This document shows, piece after piece, positions 18,593 to 27,900 of a DNA stretch of 64,000 nucleotides. The DNA is from an uncultured Verrucomicrobiae bacterium (lineage in GTDB: Bacteria; Verrucomicrobiota; Verrucomicrobiia; Chthoniobacterales; UBA10450), in the NCBI GenBank assembly GCA_963834385.1, contig CAWIBO010000002.1, positions 1,088,001 to 1,152,000 on the forward strand, read 5' to 3'. Position 1 is the first letter of the stretch; each line of letters opens with the position of its first letter. Both the position numbers and the translations under genes were made by a program. The notes beneath the pieces are model-generated. The model made no database searches. It saw only the letters and a program-made list of their open reading frames with translations, and was not told where the DNA came from.

Positions 18593-19222
18593 ATGTGGTT
18601 ATCCGCCTTCTTCGCCCTCGTGGCGGCCTATCTGATCGGTTCCATTCCCGCCGGTTATCTGGCGGGTCGGATCGCCGGGATTGATATCCGCCACCATGGC
18701 AGCGGCAACATCGGCGCCACCAACGTCATGCGGACCCTGGGGAAAAAATTCGGGCTCGGCGTTTTCTTTTTTGATGCCTTCAAGGGATTCGTGGCGGTCC
18801 GCCTGGCGATCTTCATCGCCGAACGCTTTGAAGTGATGCGCCCCTACGCCGACCTGCTCGGAGTGGCGGCAGCGGCCTGCTGCATTCTCGGACACACTTT
18901 TCCGGTCTGGTTGAAGTTCAAGGGCGGCAAAGGCGTGGCCACTTCCGCGGGCGCGTTCGCCGGCCTGACTCCGCTCGCTTCCCTGGCCGCGTTTCTTCTT
19001 TGGATCCTCCTGTTCGAAACCACGCGCTATGTTTCGCTGGCCTCGGTCGCGGCCGCGATCTCGCTCCCGATTTGGATTGGCGTTTTGTTGCAGGTCGGGC
19101 TCGCCAAGACCTGGCTCGTTTTCTACGTTGCCTGCGTCCTCGCGGTGATTGTGGTCTGGCGGCACCGCGCCAACATTGTCCGCCTGAAGAACGGGACAGA
19201 ACCGCGTTTCGAACGAAAATGA
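18593..19222 (+). CDS. plsY: Glycerol-3-phosphate acyltransferase
   Basis: YLIGSIP, GSGNIGATN, GHTFPVWLKFKGGKGVAT, RHRANIVRL. Confidence 0.96.
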   Translation: MWLSAFFALVAAYLIGSIPAGYLAGRIAGIDIRHHGSGNIGATNVMRTLGKKFGLGVFFFDAFKGFVAVRLAIFIAERFEVMRPYADLLGVAAAACCILGHTFPVWLKFKGGKGVATSAGAFAGLTPLASLAAFLLWILLFETTRYVSLASVAAAISLPIWIGVLLQVGLAKTWLVFYVACVLAVIVVWRHRANIVRLKNGTEPRFERK

Positions 19223-20221
19223 GTTTTACCAAAATTGCCGTTCTCGGCGCGGGGAGCTGGGGCACCGCCCTGGCCAATCTTTGGGGGCAGCGCGGTCACG
19301 CCCTCATTCTTTGGGGTCACAACCCGGAGCGCGCGGAGCGGCTGCGGCAGACGCGGGTGAACGATGAATACCTGCCCGGGGTGCATCTGCCCGAGAATAT
19401 CCAGGTGACACATGAGCTGGCGGAATGCGCGGCGGCCGACCTGATTGTTTTTGTAACGCCCTCGGTGGCGTTGCGCGAGATTGCCGGTCAGCTTCGCGCG
19501 GTGGGCCTGCGTGACGAGAGCGTGCTCCTTTCCTGCACCAAAGGGATCGAGCACCGCACCGGCATGCGCATGACGCAGATCCTCGAGGAAATTTTTCCCG
19601 GGAACACCAGCGCGGTCATGTCGGGACCGAACCTGGCCCTGGAAGTCTCGCGCAATCTGCCCACGGCCACGGTGATCGGCTGTCCGGACAACAGTTGTGC
19701 GGAGCGTTTGCAACAGCAGCTCGGCAGCTCGCGTTTTCGCATTTACAGCAGCCGCGAGACGACGGCGATTGAGCTGGGCGGTGCGCTCAAAAACGTCTTT
19801 GCCATCCCGGCCGGCGCGAACGATGCCCTGGGCCTGGGCGACAATTCCAAGGCGGCGTTGGTGACCCGATCGCTCGCGGAGATGGTGCGGCTCGGCACGG
19901 CCATGGGCGGCGACACGCGCACCTTTCATGGGTTGAGCGGGATCGGCGATCTTGATGGCGACCTGTTTCAGCAACCTGAGCCGCAACCATCGCGTCGGGC
20001 AGGAACTGGGGCGCGGGCGAAAGCTGAACGAGATCCTGGGGGAAACGCAATCGATCGCGGAAGGAATCCCGACGGCGCGCAGCGCTTATGATTGCGCGCG
20101 GCAGCTCGGCGTGGAGACGCCGATCATCGACCAGGTCTACGCCGTGCTCTACGAGGACAAATCGCCGACCGACGCCTTGAAAGAACTGCTCGGGCGCGAG
20201 CAGAAGGCGGAGGCTCTTTAG
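19219..20221 (+). CDS. gpsA: NAD(P)H-dependent glycerol-3-phosphate dehydrogenase (+1 frameshift at ~19952, probable sequencing error)
   Basis: VLGAGSWGTALA, SGPNLA, GGALKNV, GLSGIGDL; then next frame MATCFSNLSRN...AEGIPT. Confidence 0.93.
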
Positions 20222-20239
20222 TGGCAGATATCTCGCTTG

Positions 20240-20322
20240 AATCAGGAAAGCAGGAACGCATGAAGAGGAAGGCAAAGAGGATCGAGAATCCGGGACTGGG
20301 GATAGAGGGCAGAGAACACAGG
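20240..20322. repeat. Degenerate 9-mer/7-mer intergenic repeats
   Basis: caggaaag caggaacg catgaag, followed by purine-rich heptamer-like gatcgag aatccgg gactggg gatagag ggcagag. Confidence 0.45.
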
Positions 20323-20385
20323 TAAGCCTCCCGACGCGGCACCAACCAGTAGGATTTCCCCGGATTCGAATCTCCCGAAAAGTCG

Positions 20386-20971
20386 TCAAGTCGTCGCGGC
20401 GGCGAGTTGGCGGATCACTTCCGGGTAGAGCGCGCGTTCCACTTCCTGGATGCGGGCGTGAAGCGAAGCCGGGTGTGTCGTCCGGCGCCACCGGCACCTC
20501 GCGCTGGGCGATGATCTCGCCGGTGTCGATCCCGGCATCGACATAATGGACAGTGACGCCGGTGACGGTCGCGCCCGCCGCGAGGGCCTGTTCCCAGGCG
20601 GCGCGCCCGGGAAACTGCGGCAGGAGAGAGGGATGAATATTGATGATGCGTCGCGGGAACGCCTCGAGCATGGGCGCTTTGAGGACGCGCATGAAACCGG
20701 CCAGGACCACCAGCTCCACTTCATGTTGTCGCAGGAGCGCCACCAGTTCTCTTTCGCGTTCCGGTTCCAGGCGGGTCCGAAATGGGCCGGGGTCGAAAAA
20801 AAGCGCGGGCACGCCGAACTCCCGGCCGATCTCGAGAATGCCGGCGTCGGGGACATCCGACACGACCACGCGCGCTTCCGCGGGAAGATTGTTCTCCGCG
20901 ATCTGTTGCAGGATCGCCCGGCAGTTGCTCCCTTTGCCGGACCCGAGGAGACCGAGCCGAAGCCGCTTCAT
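20386..20971 (-). CDS. purN: Phosphoribosylglycinamide formyltransferase (frameshift at ~20472, probable error)
   Basis: LGSGKGSN, VLAGFMRVL, INIHPSLLP, GVTVHYVDAGIDTG; C-terminus SLHARIQEVERALYPEVI is in another frame. Confidence 0.93.
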
Positions 20972-21444
20972 TCCGCCTGCAACTGTCGCACGATGGCCGT
21001 GGTGGAATAACCTTCGACGAAAGGGATGATGCGAATGACCGCCTTGATCCGGTCGAGCACCGCCCGTTCCTCCGGATGAAGCGTCTCCGGCGTGTAATCG
21101 CCTCCCTTGGCGTAAATGTCGGGCCGGACCTGTTCCAGGGCCGCGGTGGCGCGAACCTCGGGAAAAATCGTGACGAAATCGACCGCGGCGAGCGCCGCCA
21201 CCACCTCGGCCCGGTCGTGCGCCGGATGCAGCGGCCGGCCTTCGCCTTTAAGCGCGCGGACGGAGTCGTCGCCATTGATGGCCACGATGAGGGCGTCACC
21301 AAGATCGCGCGCCGCGCGGAGATAACGGACATGTCCAACGTGCAGGAGATCGAAGCAGCCGTTGGTAAAGACGACGCGCTTTCCCTTTGCCTGCAGGTCG
21401 CGGACGCGGGCGGCCAGGTCGGGAAGGGCGAGAACCTTATTCAT
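20968..21444 (-). CDS. D-glycero-beta-D-manno-heptose 1-phosphate adenylyltransferase (RfaE domain II)
   Basis: VVFTNGCFDLLHVGHVRYL, KGGDY, GYSTT. Start MNKVL at 21444. Confidence 0.92.
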   Translation of the reverse strand: MNKVLALPDLAARVRDLQAKGKRVVFTNGCFDLLHVGHVRYLRAARDLGDALIVAINGDDSVRALKGEGRPLHPAHDRAEVVAALAAVDFVTIFPEVRATAALEQVRPDIYAKGGDYTPETLHPEERAVLDRIKAVIRIIPFVEGYSTTAIVRQLQAE

Positions 21445-22363
21445 GCGGGAGGGGCGCGACGACCTCGAGCGCGCGCGGCAGGACCTCGAAGAGAGCCGGC
21501 TGGTTCCCGACCAGTTCGCCATCGACATTGAACCAGATGCCAGGCTGCGAGGAGACGGAAACTTTCCTGGCCCGCCGGAAAATAACGTGGTCGCTCTCGA
21601 GATGCGCACCCGCCAGCATTTGCGGGATCAGCACGGCCATTTCGGCCGCGTCGATGATTTTGACGAGGACGATATCGAGGAGGCCATCGTCCAGCGAGGC
21701 TTCCGGCGCGACCCGGTAGCCGCCGGCAACGCAGCGGCCGTTGGCGAAGACGGCATTGTAGAGGTCGACCTCGAGTTCCTCCTTGTCGTCGAGCACCAGC
21801 GACGTGCGATAACCCTTGAGCTCGGGCAGCGCCTCGACCGCGCTCCGCAGGTAGGCCAGCGGTCCCCAGGTCTTCTTCATTTCCGTGGTCAGCTTTTCGT
21901 CGACCAGTCCGCTGAAGCCGCCGGCAGAGACATTGAGGAAGTAGCGCACGTCCTCGCTGGTGACGCGGACCAGATCGACCGGCCGGGTGTGGCCCGCGGC
22001 GATGAGTTCGAGGTTCTCCTCGATCGAATCCGGAAGCTCGAGCGAGCGGCCAAAGTCGTTCCCGGTGCCGAGCGGGAGGATGGCCAGCCTGGTTCCGCCC
22101 GGCTTTTCGCCGAGGCCGTTCACCACCTCGTTCAGGGTGCCGTCGCCTCCGGCGGAAACAATCAGCTCCGCTCCGTCGCGGCAGGCCTGCGCGGCCAGGC
22201 GCCGCGCGTCCCCGGCCTGCCTGGTCTGTTCCACGGTTGCACCCGGGAGCGCCTCGGAAATCCGGGCGGCCACTTTCTCGTCGAAGCTGCCGGCTTTGGG
22301 ATTGCAGATGACAACGCAGGAATTCAAGCGGCACAGCCTCGACGGCGGCACGCTTTCCCGCAA
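21437..22363 (-). CDS. Diacylglycerol/lipid kinase family protein (YegS/BmrU)
   Basis: NPKAG, GGDGTLNEVVNG, PLGTGNDF, NVDGE. True start may be ~22327. Confidence 0.92.
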   Translation of the reverse strand: MRESVPPSRLCRLNSCVVICNPKAGSFDEKVAARISEALPGATVEQTRQAGDARRLAAQACRDGAELIVSAGGDGTLNEVVNGLGEKPGGTRLAILPLGTGNDFGRSLELPDSIEENLELIAAGHTRPVDLVRVTSEDVRYFLNVSAGGFSGLVDEKLTTEMKKTWGPLAYLRSAVEALPELKGYRTSLVLDDKEELEVDLYNAVFANGRCVAGGYRVAPEASLDDGLLDIVLVKIIDAAEMAVLIPQMLAGAHLESDHVIFRRARKVSVSSQPGIWFNVDGELVGNQPALFEVLPRALEVVAPLPHE

Positions 22364-22425
22364 GCGAGGCGCGCACGAGAGATTTGTCGTTGCGATTCTG
22401 GCTGGTCGTGTAAAATGCGGGCCGC

Positions 22426-23175
22426 ATGGCTCGCGAAACTCCAGAAGGCGCCGTTCGCTACTCCGTTTCCCCGGAACCGTTGGTGGAAAACAACGCTCCC
22501 GCGGCGCTCGAGGCCGGTCTGCCGGAGTTGCCCCGGTCCTACGGCGGCCCCGTTCTGTATGCCATCGCGCGCGATCCGCAGACGATCTTTGCCTATTGGG
22601 ATGTCGATTGGTCCGCCGTTTTTGGCGGGGAAGAACCGGAAGACCGGAAAGTGCACCTCCGGGTGCTCGGACCGGATGGAACGATCGAGAGCAGCGCGGC
22701 GGTCGAGCCGGCCGCGGCCAACGCCTACCTGCGCGTCTCCAAACCCCGCACCGCCTACCGGCTCGAGCTGGGCTATTACACCGCCGGCCGGAAGTGGAAC
22801 GCGGTCGCGCAATCGGAAAAAGTGGAAACGCCCCCGCAGGGCTTTGCCGACCGCACTCCGGTCGACCTCGCGACCGTCCCGTATCACCTGAGTTTTCAAC
22901 GCCTGATCGATCTCCTCGACGAGGAAGAGGAAGGCGAGACGCTTACCGAGAAGATTGCGCAACTGCAGGAGCGGGCCGCGCAGGAGAATGACGGCGTGGC
23001 TCTCACCGCGTCGGAGGCCAGCCTTCTCCGGGTGATCGGCGACCTTCCGAATATCGTGGAAGCGCAGCGCAGCTTTGATCAAGGGACAAGCTTCTCCGAG
23101 GCAATGCTGGAGAAATTGCTGGGCCTGGGCGGCACCAGCCCGGCCGAGGGACTCGGCGGCAGCAGCCCCGGTTAG
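22426..23175 (+). CDS. DUF4912 domain protein
   Basis: ELPRSYG...ARDPQTIFAYWD, YRLELGY, VETP. Confidence 0.8.
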   Translation: MARETPEGAVRYSVSPEPLVENNAPAALEAGLPELPRSYGGPVLYAIARDPQTIFAYWDVDWSAVFGGEEPEDRKVHLRVLGPDGTIESSAAVEPAAANAYLRVSKPRTAYRLELGYYTAGRKWNAVAQSEKVETPPQGFADRTPVDLATVPYHLSFQRLIDLLDEEEEGETLTEKIAQLQERAAQENDGVALTASEASLLRVIGDLPNIVEAQRSFDQGTSFSEAMLEKLLGLGGTSPAEGLGGSSPG

Positions 23176-23275
23176 CCGCCGTCGGCCTTTCACGAGGGGC
23201 GCCCTTTTTTTGTGGGGCGGGAGAATGTCATTGCCAAGCGCAACGGCCAGCCGCTAAACCCTCATCTCACGCCGC

Positions 23276-24850
23276 ATGAAAAACGGAAACGGGAAAATGG
23301 AGTGGGGCACGCGCGTCGGGGTCATCCTCGCGGTTGCCGGATCGGCTGTCGGCCTGGGCAATTTCCTCCGGTTCCCCGGGCAGGCCGCGGCGCATGGCGG
23401 CGGCGCCTTCATGATTCCGTATATCTGCGCGCTGGTCCTGCTCGCGCTGCCCATCGGCTGGGCGGAATGGGCCATGGCGCGGCATGGCGGCGAAAGAGGT
23501 TTTCACAGCGGCCCGGCCATTCTCGGTCTGATCGGCCGGGGACGGATTGCCCGTTACCTCGGGGTACTGGCGGTGCTGGTCCCGATCGGGGTATATATGT
23601 ACTACGTCTACATCGAGGCGTGGTGCCTCCGCTATGCGTGGGAATACCTCGTGGGCGGCGTCCAGCTCACCGGCACGATCGAGCAGCAGACGGTGGCTTC
23701 GGCCCAGTTCTTCGGCGATGCCACCGGGACGAACACCAACGGGGTGCTCAACATGAGCGCCATTTTCTGGGTCATCGTCGTGGGCATAAACATCGTCCTG
23801 GTGTTTCGCGGACTGAAAGGGGGCATCGAAAAATTCTGCCAGTTTGCCCTCCCGGCCATGGCCATCCTCGCGGTGATTGTGCTCATCCGGGTGCTCACTC
23901 TGGGCACGCCCGATCCTTCCCGGCCGGAATTAAACGTCCTGAACGGCCTCGGCTACATGTGGAACCCGGATTTTTCAAAGCTGGGCCGATTCGAGACCTG
24001 GCTGGCGGCCGCGGGCCAGATTTTCTTCAGCCTTTCCGTCGGGTTCGGCGTGATCCTGAACTACGCCTCCTACCTGAAGAAGAAGGACGACATTGCGCTT
24101 TCCGGTTTCACCGCCAGCTCCACCAACGAGCTCTTTGAGGTCGGCTTCGGCGGCCTGATCACGATCACGGCGGCTTTTGTTTTTCTTGGGGCGAGCGGCG
24201 TGGGCGGCGGGTTCGGCCTCGGTTTCCAAACCCTGCCGGTGGTGTTTGAGCAGATGGGCTGGGCCGGCCGCTGGATCGGGTTTGCCTGGTTTTTCCTGCT
24301 CTTCCTGGCCGCGATCACCAGCTCGATCTCGATGTTGCAGCCGGGCAAAGCCTTCTTCGAGGAAGCGCTCGGCATTTCCCATGGCAAGGCCATTGCCCTC
24401 GTCTCGGTCATTGGCGGTATCGGTTCGCTCTGGGTCATCTGGTTCAGCAAGAACACGGTCGCGCTCGACACGATCGATTTCTGGATCGGCACCTTTGGCA
24501 TCTTCCTGCTCGCGACCGTGCAGATCATTTGTTTCGGCTGGGTCTGGGGGATCAAGAAGGGCGCGGCCGAACTGGACCAGGGGGCGCTGATGCGGATCCC
24601 GCGCGTCTTTTTCTTCATCATGAAATACATCGCGCCGGCCTACCTGCTGGTGGTGCTGGGCGGGTTTATCTATTTTGACCTGACGGCGAAACTCAAGACG
24701 ATGGCGGGCGACCCGATTGTCATGGCCACGGTGGGCTTTATGTGCGCCCTGGTGATTTTGCTCCTGATCATGGTGATGGTGGGTGAGCGTCGCTGGCGGG
24801 CGCAGGGACTGGACCTGGACGGGAAACGAGGCGAAGGAGAAACGCGATGA
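23276..24850 (+). CDS. Sodium-dependent neurotransmitter:sodium symporter (NSS) family amino-acid transporter
   Basis: GSAVGLGNFLRFP, GGGAFMIPY, AAGQIFFSLSVGFG, AAITSSIS. Confidence 0.94.
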   Translation: MKNGNGKMEWGTRVGVILAVAGSAVGLGNFLRFPGQAAAHGGGAFMIPYICALVLLALPIGWAEWAMARHGGERGFHSGPAILGLIGRGRIARYLGVLAVLVPIGVYMYYVYIEAWCLRYAWEYLVGGVQLTGTIEQQTVASAQFFGDATGTNTNGVLNMSAIFWVIVVGINIVLVFRGLKGGIEKFCQFALPAMAILAVIVLIRVLTLGTPDPSRPELNVLNGLGYMWNPDFSKLGRFETWLAAAGQIFFSLSVGFGVILNYASYLKKKDDIALSGFTASSTNELFEVGFGGLITITAAFVFLGASGVGGGFGLGFQTLPVVFEQMGWAGRWIGFAWFFLLFLAAITSSISMLQPGKAFFEEALGISHGKAIALVSVIGGIGSLWVIWFSKNTVALDTIDFWIGTFGIFLLATVQIICFGWVWGIKKGAAELDQGALMRIPRVFFFIMKYIAPAYLLVVLGGFIYFDLTAKLKTMAGDPIVMATVGFMCALVILLLIMVMVGERRWRAQGLDLDGKRGEGETR

Positions 24851-24975
24851 ACACAGGCGGCTGGATTTTCATGTCGGTTTCCTTGGTCATGGTCTGGGGT
24901 GCGACCATCTGGGCGTATACGCGTCTCCTCGGCACGCCGCGCGAGAAAAAGCGGGACCAGACGCCGACCATTTAG
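24847..24975 (+). CDS. 42-aa single-TM small protein, probable NSS-transporter small subunit
   Basis: Translated by hand: MNTGGWIFMSVSLVMVWGATIWAYTRLLGTPREKKRDQTPTI*. ATGA overlap with transporter stop; AAGGAG just upstream. Confidence 0.75.
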   Translation: MNTGGWIFMSVSLVMVWGATIWAYTRLLGTPREKKRDQTPTI

Positions 24976-25031
24976 GGACCGCGCGAAAGCGGCGGTATTC
25001 AGCGAGAGGCCGTTGTGCTAGCATCGGTCTC

Positions 25032-26024
25032 GTGATTCCTCTCCTCCTGCGTTCGATCGCGCTGCGGTGGTTTGTCCTCGCCACCCTTTTTCTTTCCGTC
25101 TGCACGCCGGTTTTCGCCGCCCGCCGCACCGGGCGCGCCCGGCCCGCGGCCGCGGCCGAGGCCATCCAGTACCAGGCGCTGCCCCTGGAACGTTCCCGGC
25201 AAAATCATCTCCTGGTGCGCGCTTTCATTAACGGCAAGCCCGCCCTTCTTGGCGTTGATACCGGGGCTCCGGTGAGCGCGGTCGCCCTGCATCGGCGCAA
25301 TCATTACCGCATCTCGCCGGTGCCGGGCCGCTCGAAATTACCGGGCCGGCTCCTGATCAACGGCGCCTATAATCGCGTCGGGATCGCGAAAACGCTCCAG
25401 CTCGGCGGTCTCACCCTGGTGGACGAACCCCTCGTCGCCATCGACCTGAGCAATTCCACCAAGGCCGCGCGGCTTCTGCGTGAGGAAGCGATCGACGGCA
25501 TCCTGGGCGCCGACATTCTTTTCCCGACCAAGGCCGTGATCGATTGCCAGAAGCAGTTGCTGGTCATGAAAATGGATCCGAATACCCCGGGCAACATTCC
25601 GGGGTTCGATTATCGCAGCCATCGCGCCATCCCGATGCACGTCAGCAAAGGTTGGAATCTTTATGTGGATGGCACCGTCAACGGCCGCAAAGCCAAGTTG
25701 CTTGTCGATACCGGCGCGTTTTCCACCCTGATGCACCGGAATTTCATCCGGCGCCTCCGCATTCCCGTCCGCAAAACCAACTACAGCTCCGCCGGGGTGA
25801 ACCTGCGCCGGCGGGACGTGCAGGCCGCCACCATTCAACGGCTCTCCATCGGACAGCTTGATCTGGTCCGGAAGGATGTGGGCGTGATGGACCTGGCCGG
25901 CCTGATCCACGGCGGCATGCTCGAGGGGAAACCGCCCGTGGCCGGGCTCCTCGGTTCCGAGATCCTCTGGAAACACCATGGGATCATCGATTTCGGAACG
26001 CAGATGCTTTACCTGAAACGGTAG
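25032..26024 (+). CDS. Secreted aspartyl protease with two retropepsin-like domains
   Basis: Signal-like N-terminus; LLGVDTGA...DGILGAD and LLVDTGA...AGLLGSE. Start approximate. Confidence 0.85.
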   Translation: MIPLLLRSIALRWFVLATLFLSVCTPVFAARRTGRARPAAAAEAIQYQALPLERSRQNHLLVRAFINGKPALLGVDTGAPVSAVALHRRNHYRISPVPGRSKLPGRLLINGAYNRVGIAKTLQLGGLTLVDEPLVAIDLSNSTKAARLLREEAIDGILGADILFPTKAVIDCQKQLLVMKMDPNTPGNIPGFDYRSHRAIPMHVSKGWNLYVDGTVNGRKAKLLVDTGAFSTLMHRNFIRRLRIPVRKTNYSSAGVNLRRRDVQAATIQRLSIGQLDLVRKDVGVMDLAGLIHGGMLEGKPPVAGLLGSEILWKHHGIIDFGTQMLYLKR

Positions 26025-26028
26025 CGCT

Positions 26029-27390
26029 TCACGGTTCCGCAAACGTCGGCGAGTCGATCACCTCCACCTGCCGCACCGCCGCAGCGCGCAGGGCCGCCGC
26101 CTCGCCCTGCCCCTGCACATTTGTCCGTTCCAGGGTCAAACCCTCGATGTCGGTCAGGTGAAGCAGCGGCCGGGGATCAGGCCGTTCCACCACAAAGTCC
26201 ACCTCGCGCAGGACAAGGTTGCGCGCATGCCGCGCCCAGAGCAGCGCGGCCGGGCGCGGCCCAAGGGTTTTGTGCGGATGCTGTTTTGGGTAGGGCATTT
26301 CGCGTTCGCCCTGGCCGGGCCGGCCATCGCCGGGATAGACGAAGCGGCTTTTCTCGATCGTGACATTCTCGATCGGCGACTCCGGCCGCCCGGAGATGGT
26401 GGCGGTATGGACGAAGCCTTCCGGGCCCGGGGCGCAACTCTCGACCGTCAGCCCGGAGATCCGGATTTTTCGAATGGCGCCAACCTTCTTCTGCGGATCG
26501 CCGCTGCGGAGCCTGTCCTGCACCAGCATGAAAATTGGGCAGACTACCCGCCGCAGGGTGACGTCGCGATAGGTCACATCCTCGATTACCCCGCCGTCGT
26601 TGCACGTGAGACCGATCCCGGCCTTGTCGGCGCGACCGACCGTGATGCGCTCAAAGGTCACCCGCCGAAAATCAGCCGCGCTCTCCGCGCCGAACTGCAT
26701 CGCGTTCGCGCTCGATTCAAAGTGACAATCGGAGACGGCGATGTCCTCGATCGCAATCCGGCGACCGAGCGCCCAGTCCGTCTTGAGCGCCAGGGCATCG
26801 TCACCGCACCCGGTGAAGTGGCAGCCTTGCACGGTGACTCGGCGGCAGCCGACCAGGTTAACGCCGTCGCGCGACTGGCGGATGACAATGTTGCGCAGCG
26901 AAACATCCTCGCAGTCGTTGAGGAGATAGACGAAGTGCGCGCCGGTCTCGTGCACGAGATCTTCGAAACGGAGGCGGCGCCCGCTGCGGACGGCGATCAC
27001 CTTGTCCCCGGTCTTGTCCGGATGACTGCTCTCGCTCAGGTAACCGCCGTTGATGCGTCCGCCGGTGATGGAGCAATCCTCGATCGCCTCGCCCCAGATG
27101 AGTGCGTTCTGGAAATGGCTGTGCCCGAAATCCTGGTAGGCATCGAAGGGGTTCGGCTCCGGGGGCAGGTAACCTTTCTTCGCGCCGGTGATGAGGGCGT
27201 CCTCCTCGAGGCGCAGGTGGACCCGGCTGAGCAGGCGGATGCCGGCGGCGGCGTAGGTGCCCCGCGGGAAAAGAACGTCTCCGCCTCCGGCGGCGTGGCA
27301 GAGCGCGATGGCCTCATTGATCGCGGCGGTGTCGTTGGCCCGCCCGTTGCCGCGCGCGCCGGCTTCCCGGATGTTCCACGCCTTTCTCAC
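26029..27390 (-). CDS. Glycoside hydrolase family 28-like pectin-lyase-fold protein
   Basis: GARGNGRANDTAAINEAI, GGGDVLFPRGTY, DGVNLVGC, GDDALALK. Confidence 0.82.
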   Translation of the reverse strand: MRKAWNIREAGARGNGRANDTAAINEAIALCHAAGGGDVLFPRGTYAAAGIRLLSRVHLRLEEDALITGAKKGYLPPEPNPFDAYQDFGHSHFQNALIWGEAIEDCSITGGRINGGYLSESSHPDKTGDKVIAVRSGRRLRFEDLVHETGAHFVYLLNDCEDVSLRNIVIRQSRDGVNLVGCRRVTVQGCHFTGCGDDALALKTDWALGRRIAIEDIAVSDCHFESSANAMQFGAESAADFRRVTFERITVGRADKAGIGLTCNDGGVIEDVTYRDVTLRRVVCPIFMLVQDRLRSGDPQKKVGAIRKIRISGLTVESCAPGPEGFVHTATISGRPESPIENVTIEKSRFVYPGDGRPGQGEREMPYPKQHPHKTLGPRPAALLWARHARNLVLREVDFVVERPDPRPLLHLTDIEGLTLERTNVQGQGEAAALRAAAVRQVEVIDSPTFAEP

Positions 27391-27414
27391 GGCAGGGGAA
27401 AAAACGGGGCAGGC

Positions 27415-27837
27415 CTATTCCACATCGAGTTCGCGCACGCCTTTCCGGGTTCGGACATCCTCGACCTGGTTGCGCAAGCGATCGGCCAGGCGCACCGCCA
27501 CCGGGATTGCCTCCAGCAGGAGAACAGGGGTGGAAACGTCGGTGGTGGTGACATGAATGTTTTCCACCCCGGCCAGTCTCTGCACAAAGGGCTGCCGCAC
27601 CTGGATGTCCTTGACCCGATAAAGCTCGAGGGTCTCGGTTTGTTTGCTGAAAACGCCCTCAGTGATCTTGAGCCGTTCGCTCGTCAGCTCATAAACCCTG
27701 CATTTCGTCTGGAGGAAGCGCGCCAGCGCGATAAAGATGGGAACAATGAGCCAGCAGAAGAGACCGCAGAGGATGAAAACGCCCAGGTTTTTTATCTGCG
27801 ACGAGCTGCCGCGCCAGATCACTGTTTCTTCCGTCAT
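27415..27837 (-). CDS. Bacterial PH domain membrane protein
   Basis: TM hairpin then YELTSERLKITEGVFSKQTETLELYRVKDI...QPFVQRL. Confidence 0.85.
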   Translation of the reverse strand: MTEETVIWRGSSSQIKNLGVFILCGLFCWLIVPIFIALARFLQTKCRVYELTSERLKITEGVFSKQTETLELYRVKDIQVRQPFVQRLAGVENIHVTTTDVSTPVLLLEAIPVAVRLADRLRNQVEDVRTRKGVRELDVE

Positions 27838-27900
27838 GCCGCCATTTGTAACAGGTGCCGGCGCAAGCTCAAGAGGCGCCCGCCCCGGGCGCCGCCGCGC

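Noticed and set aside
27372..27380. parS half-sites (TGTTCCACG here; CGTGGAACA at ~31049)
   Set aside because: Only half of the palindrome is present, which is expected by chance.
26158..27900. N-terminal ~580 aa of the 905-aa ORF
   Set aside because: Overlaps the GH28 and PH genes antisense; the real nucleotidyltransferase starts at 27901.
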